DNA from: Dendrobates tinctorius
Taxonomy: Eukaryota
Direction of reading: 5' to 3'
Assembly: GCF_039654945.1 (NCBI RefSeq)
Contig: NW_027361863.1
Location: 8,308,001-8,372,000, forward strand
Length of the DNA stretch: 64,000 nt
The position numbers and the translations under genes were made by a program. A model generated the notes under the pieces. The model saw nothing but the letters and a program-made list of their open reading frames with translations. It searched no databases and was not told the origin of the DNA. Below, one piece after another: positions 57,005 through 64,000 of this stretch (the first letter of the stretch is position 1; each line of letters opens with the position of its first letter).

Positions 57005-57288
57005 GGGTGTGAGCACACGCGGATCCACAGCGGATTTGGCCCTACAGTACCATTAAAATCTATGAAAAACCAAAAACGCTGTGCACATGCTGCAGATTTT
57101 TCTGCGGTTTCTAATCCGCAGCATGTCAATTCTTTGTGCGGATTCCGCAGCGGTTTTACACCTGCTCCATAATCAGGTGTGAAACCGCAGGCTAATCCGC
57201 AGATAAAGCGCGGGTCTTTTGACCTGCGGATTTTGCAAAATCCACGTGGAAAACTCCGCAGCAGATTCCACAACGTGTGCACGCACCC
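57005..57288. mobile_element. PIF/Harbinger-type MITE
   Basis: GGGTGTGAGCACACG...CGTGTGCACGCACCC TIRs, TAA TSD on both sides. Confidence 0.78.
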
Positions 57289-59269
57289 TAACACATTGCA
57301 AGCTTCCGAGACTCCTCGGGTCTCTTCTTCAGGCTTACAGACTAATACAACGTCTGAAGAGTCACATATTTATACCTCTTTATCACGCTCAGGCTTTTGA
57401 ACATATTTTAAACACTTCAGGTTTGTAAGGCGAAAAACGTTTTAAGAGTATCGACCCGGCCGTTGTTCTGGTGTCTCCTGCTAGGAACTCTCAGTACGTC
57501 AGGAAACGCTCTTGTCACGGTTTAATGGCTTTTTTTTAAAACATCCAATTAAAAGATACAAAACGCATTCAAGAGCAAAACAAGGCAAAAAAAACCCCAC
57601 TTCTGGTTTACAAAACTACAAAGAAGCGATTCCTGATTCCTGACGCATCGTCTGCTTGGAAAATAGATGAGTTTTTTGTAGATGAAAGGCGCGGCGTCGT
57701 TTTTTTCGCCCTTAGTGACCCGTGCGTGGATGAGATCTAAAGAAAGAGCGCTGCCGCGTGGTGAGCCGTCCCGGAGCAGGGGACGGTCTGTGTTACAGGG
57801 GCGGGCTGGGTGGCTCTTCTTATTCTTTACTGTTATTAAGACAAGTGGTGTTCTGGGAATTGTGACATCGCCCCTGAGGAGGGGGCCGCACCGTCCATTA
57901 CATGATTACACCATCCCACCCGCCCTCTAGACTGAATGACATCGAGTGCCCGCGTGCGGCCGCCGGATACTTTTAGGGCTTCAGGAAAGAAAATTGCTGC
58001 TGGTGTCCGGTGTATTTAGGACTAGATCCACAATCTGACGTTTAAATAAATAGATAAATAAAATGTATTTGAGATTAAGATGACACTTGCCGCTTATACG
58101 AGTCCGTGGGTCCCGTCTATTTTAGCGGGTACGTTGCAATTCCTTAACCTATGAAACTGTGTTTTGGTCTTGTAAATTCTAATAATTGCCGATGATGATG
58201 TCTGTAAAGCGCAGTGGAATTAAAGGCGCAATATAAATGAGTAAACTAAATAAAATGTGTACAAATGGATTGCCTATGGATCACAATCATCCGTTTTTTT
58301 TTTTCTGGGTGAGATTCCAGATGAGATGAATCTGGATGAAAATCGTGCCAAATTTATTTATTTTTATTTTTTTTATACGGTCGTGTGACTTTGGCCTCGA
58401 TGTGGTTCTCACTGAGGCTGGAACGTGATGGTTAAGTGTCATCGGTAGCGCTACTGTCTCCATGTAGTGTCGCGGTTACAGGCTAGGTTTGATAGGAGAC
58501 CATTATCTTCCCTATATATTACAAAACAGCAGGATTGAGATATATATATATATATATATATATATACAGTTTTGTTTTTTTTCACTTGCTTATATGGCGC
58601 CATTTAAGTGTGCAGCGCCGTGCAGACCTCATCATCTCTGTCCCCATTGGGGCTCACAATCTAAATTCCCTGTATATAGAACAAGGGATCCAACGATCCC
58701 AGGTTAGATTCCCTAGGGAAGGAAAAAAAATAAAGTAAAATATTTTACTTATTTATTTTTATATATATAAACATTTGCAGCACCAACCTTTTTCCAGTAA
58801 AAAAAAAAAAAAAAAAAAGAGAGAAGTAGACCCATGCTGCATTGACTCCTCCGTAAGAGTCTGATCTGTCCTAATATAACGTTATTTAACCCTCACCGTA
58901 AAACCCCGTAAAGAGGGGGGGGGGGTTCGACTCGTCCTATCAAATATTAAATAATATATAAAGCTCAAAGTGTGTGTGTGTGTGTATGTCCGGGATTGGC
59001 ATCCGCACCATCGCAGCTACAGCCACTAAATTTGGCACAGTCACACGTCTGGACCCCGAGAGCGTCATAGGCTATGTTGTGAGGCGAAATTTTAACCCCA
59101 CGCATTCCAATTCACCAAACAATTTTGCCCCTATCTACATACTGGGGGAAAAAGTGTGTGTGTGTATCAAGCCCCGCCCCTCATTAGATGTCACAATAGT
59201 TGCCATAGCGACGCTGATGTCATCATACGTTGCAAGCCCTGCCGCCGCTCAATATGATGTCATAATGGT

Positions 59270-62200
59270 TGACTATGGAATGGAGGATATGTATGATGAG
59301 TATATGGGCACCGGACTATGGGATGGAGGATATGTACGATGGGTATATGGGCACGGGACTATGGGATGGAGGATGTATGATGGGTATATGGGAACGGGAC
59401 TATGGGATGGAGGATATGTATGATGGGTATATGGGCAAGGGACTATGGGATGGAGGATATGTATGACGGGTATATGGGAACGGGACTATGGGATGGAGGA
59501 TATGTATGATGGGTATATGGGAACGGGACTATGGAATGGAGGATGTGTATGATGGGTATATGGGAACGGGACTATGGAATGGAGGATGTATGACGGGTAT
59601 ATGGGAACGGGACTATGGGATGGAGGATGTGTGATGGGTAGAGTTGAGCGATACCGTCCGATACTTCAAAGTATCGTATCGGATGGTATCGGCCGATCTT
59701 TAAAAAAAGTATCGGTATCGCCGATTCCGATACCGGAAGTCCCATTCAAGTCTATGGGACTTCCGGTATCGGAATAAGAAAAACCCTTTCCTGCCCTTGT
59801 ACAGCCTCTCTGGGGTCTGTACGGGCCTTTCGGGGGGCTGTGCCGGCCTGCCAGGGGGTCTGTGCAGCCTCCGGTGGTCTGTGCCGGCCTGCCGGGGGGC
59901 TGTGCCGGCCTGCCGGGGGGCTGTGCCGGCTCCGGGGGGCTGTGCCGGCCTGCCGGGGGGCTGTGCCGGCCTGCCGGTGGTCTGTGCAGGCTCCGGGGGT
60001 CTGTGCAGGCATCGTCCGATGGGACTACAAGTCCCATCGGGCGATGCCTGCTACCATGACAGTGATTGACACATTAGCCAATGATGGGACAGTAGTAGTC
60101 CCATCATCCGGCTAATGTGTTAAATGTAAAAAAAAAAAAAAAAAAAATTACATGCTGCATACTACATACATGCTACATTCATACTACATACTACATACAT
60201 GCTACATTCATACTACATGCAACATACATACTACATATATACTACATGCATGCTACATACATACTGCATGCTACATACATACCACATATATACTACATAC
60301 ATGCTACATGCATGCTACATGCTACATACATAACACATATATACTACATGCATGCTACATACATACTACATGCTACATACTACATATATACTACATGCAT
60401 GCTACATACTACATGCTACATACATACTACATATATACTACATGCATGCTACATACATACTGCATGCTACATGCATGCTACATACATACTACATACATAC
60501 TACATACATACTACATGCTACATACATTCTACATATATACTACATACATACTACATGCATGCTACATGCATGCTACATACATACCACATACATAACACAT
60601 ATATACTACATGCATGCTACATACATACTACATGCTACATACATACCATATACATACTACATGCATGCTACATACATACTACATGCATACTACATGCTAC
60701 ATACATACTACATATACTACATGCATGCTACATACATGCTACATACATACTACATGCATGCTACATACATACTACATGCTACATACATACTACATATATA
60801 CTACATGCATGCTACATACATACTGCATGCTACATGCATGCTACATACATACTACATACATACTACATGCTACATACATACCACATATATACTACATACA
60901 TACAATACATACATAGACATACAGTACATATAACATAGAGTAACATACTTACCAATACTTGTCACATTGTTCCCCGAAGCCATTGTCTTTCCGGAATAAA
61001 TATTAACATAACAAACCACAAAAATACTCACCCACGATCCGAAGCAGTCCACGAGTGTGTCCCACGACGATCTTGGGTAGAGAACGGCAGCATCAGATGA
61101 TGCTGCCGTTCTCTACGGGCTGCAGGAATCCAATGACGGAAGGTAGGTATCCTTCCGCACTGTATTCCTCCGCCACTTAAAAAAAAAAAAAAAAGTCCCT
61201 AGTCTCACTTTATGCCATTGCTGTGTGGGAAATTCCCACGCAGCAATGGCATAAAGTGAGACTAGGGACTTTTTTTTTTTTAAGTGGCGGAGGAATACAG
61301 TGCGGAAGGATACCTACCTTCCGTCATTGGATTCCTGCAGCCCGTAGAGAACGGCAGCAACAGCTGATGCTGCAGTTCTCTACCCAAGATCGTCGTGGGA
61401 CACACTCGTGGACTGCTTCGGATCGTGGGTGAGTATTTTTGTGGTTTGTTATGTTAATATTTATTCCGGAAAGACAATGGCTTCGGGGAACAATGTGACA
61501 AGTATTGGTAAGTATGTTACTCTATGTTATATGTACTGTATGTCTATGTATGTATTGTATGAATGTATTGTATGTATGTAGTATATATGTGGTATGTATG
61601 TAGCATGTAGTATGTATGTAGTATGTATGTAGCATGCATGTAGCATGTATGTAGCATGCATGTAGTATATATGTAGTATGTATGTAGCATGCATGTAGTA
61701 TATATGTAGCATGTATGTAGTATGTATGTGGTATGTATGTAGCATGTAGTATGTATGTAGCATGTATGTAGCATGTAGTATGTATGTAGCATTCATGTAG
61801 TATGTATGTAGTATGTATGTAGCATGTAGTATGTATATAGTATGTATGTGGTATGTATGTAGCATGTAGTATGTATGTAGCATGCATGTAGTATATATGT
61901 AGTATGTATGTGGTATGTATGTAGCATGTAGTATGTATGTAGCATGCATGTAGTATATATGTAGTATGTAGTATGTATGGTATGTATGTAGCATGTAGTA
62001 TGCATGTAGTATGTATGTAGCATGCATGTAGTATGTATGTAGTATGTATGTAGTATGTATGTAGCATGCAGTATGTATGTAGCATGTATGTAGTATGTAT
62101 GTAGTATATATGTAGTATGTATGTAGCATGTAGTATGTATGTAGCATGCATGTAGTATGTATGTAGTATGTATGTAGCATGTATGTAGTATGTATGTAGC

Positions 62201-63416
62201 ATGCATGTAGTATGTATGTAGCATGTAGTATGTATGTAGCATGTATGTAGTATATATGTAGTATGTATGTAGCATGTAGCATGCATGTAGTATGTATGTA
62301 GTATTTTTTTTTTTTTTTTTTTAACATTTAACACATTAGCCGGATGATGGGACTACTACTGTCCCATCATTGGCTAATGTGTCAATCACTGTCATGGTAG
62401 CAGGCATCGCCCGATGGGACTTGTAGTCCCATCGGACGATGCTTGCACAGACCCCCGGACATCAGCACAGCCCCCCGGCAGGCCGGCACAGCCCCCCGGC
62501 AGGCCGGCACAGCCCCCCGGCAGGCCGGTACAGACCCCCACAGGGTGCACAGACCACCGGCAGGCCGGCACAGCCCCCCGGCAGGCCGGCAGAGACCCCG
62601 GGCAGTCCACACAGCCCCCCGGCAGGCCGGCACAGCCCCCCGGCAGGCCGGCACAGCCCCCCGGCAGGCCGGCAGAGACCCCCGGAAGGCCCGAAATGAC
62701 GGCGCATCATGATGCGCACACACCGCGCATCATGATGACGTCAGGCCGTCAATCAACTGAACTTCCGATTCCGATGCCGAATTCCGATATTGAAAAAATA
62801 TCGGAAGTCGGTATCGGAATTCCGATACAGCAAGTATCGGCCGATACCCGATACTTGCGGTATCGGAATGCTCAACACTAGTGATGGGTATATGGGCACT
62901 CGACTATGGGATGGCGAATATGTATGATGGTTATATGGGCATGGGACTATGGGATGGCGAATATGTATGATGGTTATATGGGCATGGGACTATGGGATGG
63001 AGCATGTGTGATGGGTATATGGGCACGGGTCTATGGGATGGAGGATGTGTGATGGGTATATGGGCACTCCACTATGGGATGGAGGATATGTATGATGGGT
63101 GTATGGGCACGGGCCTATGGGATGGAGGATGTGTGATAGGTATATGGGCATGGGACTATGGGATGGAGGATGGGTATATGGGCACGGGACTATGAGATGA
63201 AGGATGTGTGATGGGTATATGGGCACTGGACTATGGGATGGCGGATATGTATGATGGGTATATGGGCACTCGACTATGGGATGGCGAATATGTATGATGG
63301 GTATATGGGCACTCGACTATGGGATGGAGGATGTGTGATGGGTATATGGGCACGGGACTATGGGATGGTGGATATGTATGATGGGTATATGGGCACAGGA
63401 CTATGGGATGGAGGAT
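59270..63416. repeat. 41-43-bp G-rich minisatellite (59270-59638 and 62881-63416), split by the hAT insertion
   Basis: Unit ATGGGTATATGGGCACGGGACTATGGGATGGAGGATATGTATG occurs on both sides of the insertion. Confidence 0.93.
59639..62880. mobile_element. Non-autonomous hAT element (copy B) with giant internal palindrome
   Basis: Same TIRs and subterminal sequence as 16822-18706; exact 8-bp TSD GTGATGGG; inverted arms centred on base 61232. Confidence 0.93.
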
Positions 63417-63765
63417 AATTAGTTACTATGCCCGGGCAGCGCCGGGCTCTTCAGCTAGTATTATATAAAAAGCGAGCAAAATATGGAAAAACGCCCTAAA
63501 ATATTATCAATAAAAACGACACTATTTTTTTTAACAAATTAAATTCTTTTCATTACTTAAAAATAATATACAAGTACGGTATCATCGTAACCGTTAACAA
63601 CCTGTAGAATCGTGTTGTCAGATCATATTCACTGCCCCCCCCCCATAAAATCAGAACCCAAAAAACAATTATGAATTGATATTTTGAGGGTTCTGTTTTG
63701 TTTTAGACATTTTACTGCAATACATCATGTGACTGCCCTCACCACCCCAATCAGCAAAAATAAAC

Positions 63766-63838
63766 GGGGGATTAGCTCAAATGGTAGAGCGCTCGCTTAG
63801 CATGCGAGAGGTAGCGGGATCGATGCCCGCATCCTCCA
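63766..63838 (+). tRNA. tRNA-Ala (anticodon AGC)
   Basis: 73-nt cloverleaf GGGGGATTAGCTCAAATGGTAGAGCGCTCGCTTAGCATGCGAGAGGTAGCGGGATCGATGCCCGCATCCTCCA; G3:U70 alanine identity pair; AGC at 63799-63801; Pol III TTTTT terminator at about 63842. Confidence 0.97.
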
Positions 63839-64000
63839 TTATTTTTCTGTGTATTCGTGCTTAATATTTTGATTCTAAGTTTTACTTTCATTTAATTATA
63901 ATTCGATTTCTCAATTTTTGCTATTGTTAAAAAAAAAAAAAAAAAAACACTTTATTTTCACTGCTTTCTGTTTCTCTCATCCACCCTGTGAAATGTTATA

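Larger units (their letters stand above)
58950..63458 (+). mobile_element. Non-autonomous Helitron-like element (5' end approximate) carrying a minisatellite and a nested hAT element
   Basis: 3' end: GCCCGG-GCAGCG-CCGGGC hairpin (63430-63447) followed 7 nt later by CTAG (63455-63458) and T. ATATATAAAGCT + (TG)n 5' region. No TSD. Confidence 0.65.

Overview
Eukaryotic, repeat-rich vertebrate genomic DNA. The repeat repertoire (V-SINE, CR1, DIRS, Tc1, hAT/Harbinger/piggyBac-type MITEs, large intronic minisatellites) and the gene sequences point to a frog; this is inference, with no database search. Three protein-coding genes lie in the order known from human 10q24. MARVELD1 (- strand, ATG at 416) runs off the left edge and is missed by the ORF track. 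AVPI1 (+ strand) has coding exons 15815-16134 and 24103-24280, giving 165 aa, and a probable non-coding exon 1 ending at 8678 behind a CRE-containing promoter. PI4K2A (- strand) is complete, with 9 exons from 52680 to 29513 and 454 aa. A divergent promoter and first exon at about 52.8-53.7 kb probably starts a fourth gene (MORN4 by synteny, unproven). A tRNA-Ala(AGC) gene lies at 63766-63838. Almost all long ORFs in the supplied track are artefacts of tandem repeats. I see no new protein-coding system. The most unusual structures are non-coding. (i) A non-autonomous hAT element carries a roughly 2.4-2.9 kb internal palindrome with a 1-nt spacer (59639-62880), nested in a G4-motif minisatellite inside a Helitron-like element; a sister copy (16822-18706) lacks one arm, with the junction at the axis and a flipped centre. 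(ii) A DD38E Tc1-like transposon has its start codon on a 28-bp micro-inversion. (iii) A 102-bp-arm near-perfect hairpin lies at 5920-6131. (iv) Large minisatellites start immediately after three different first-exon donors.
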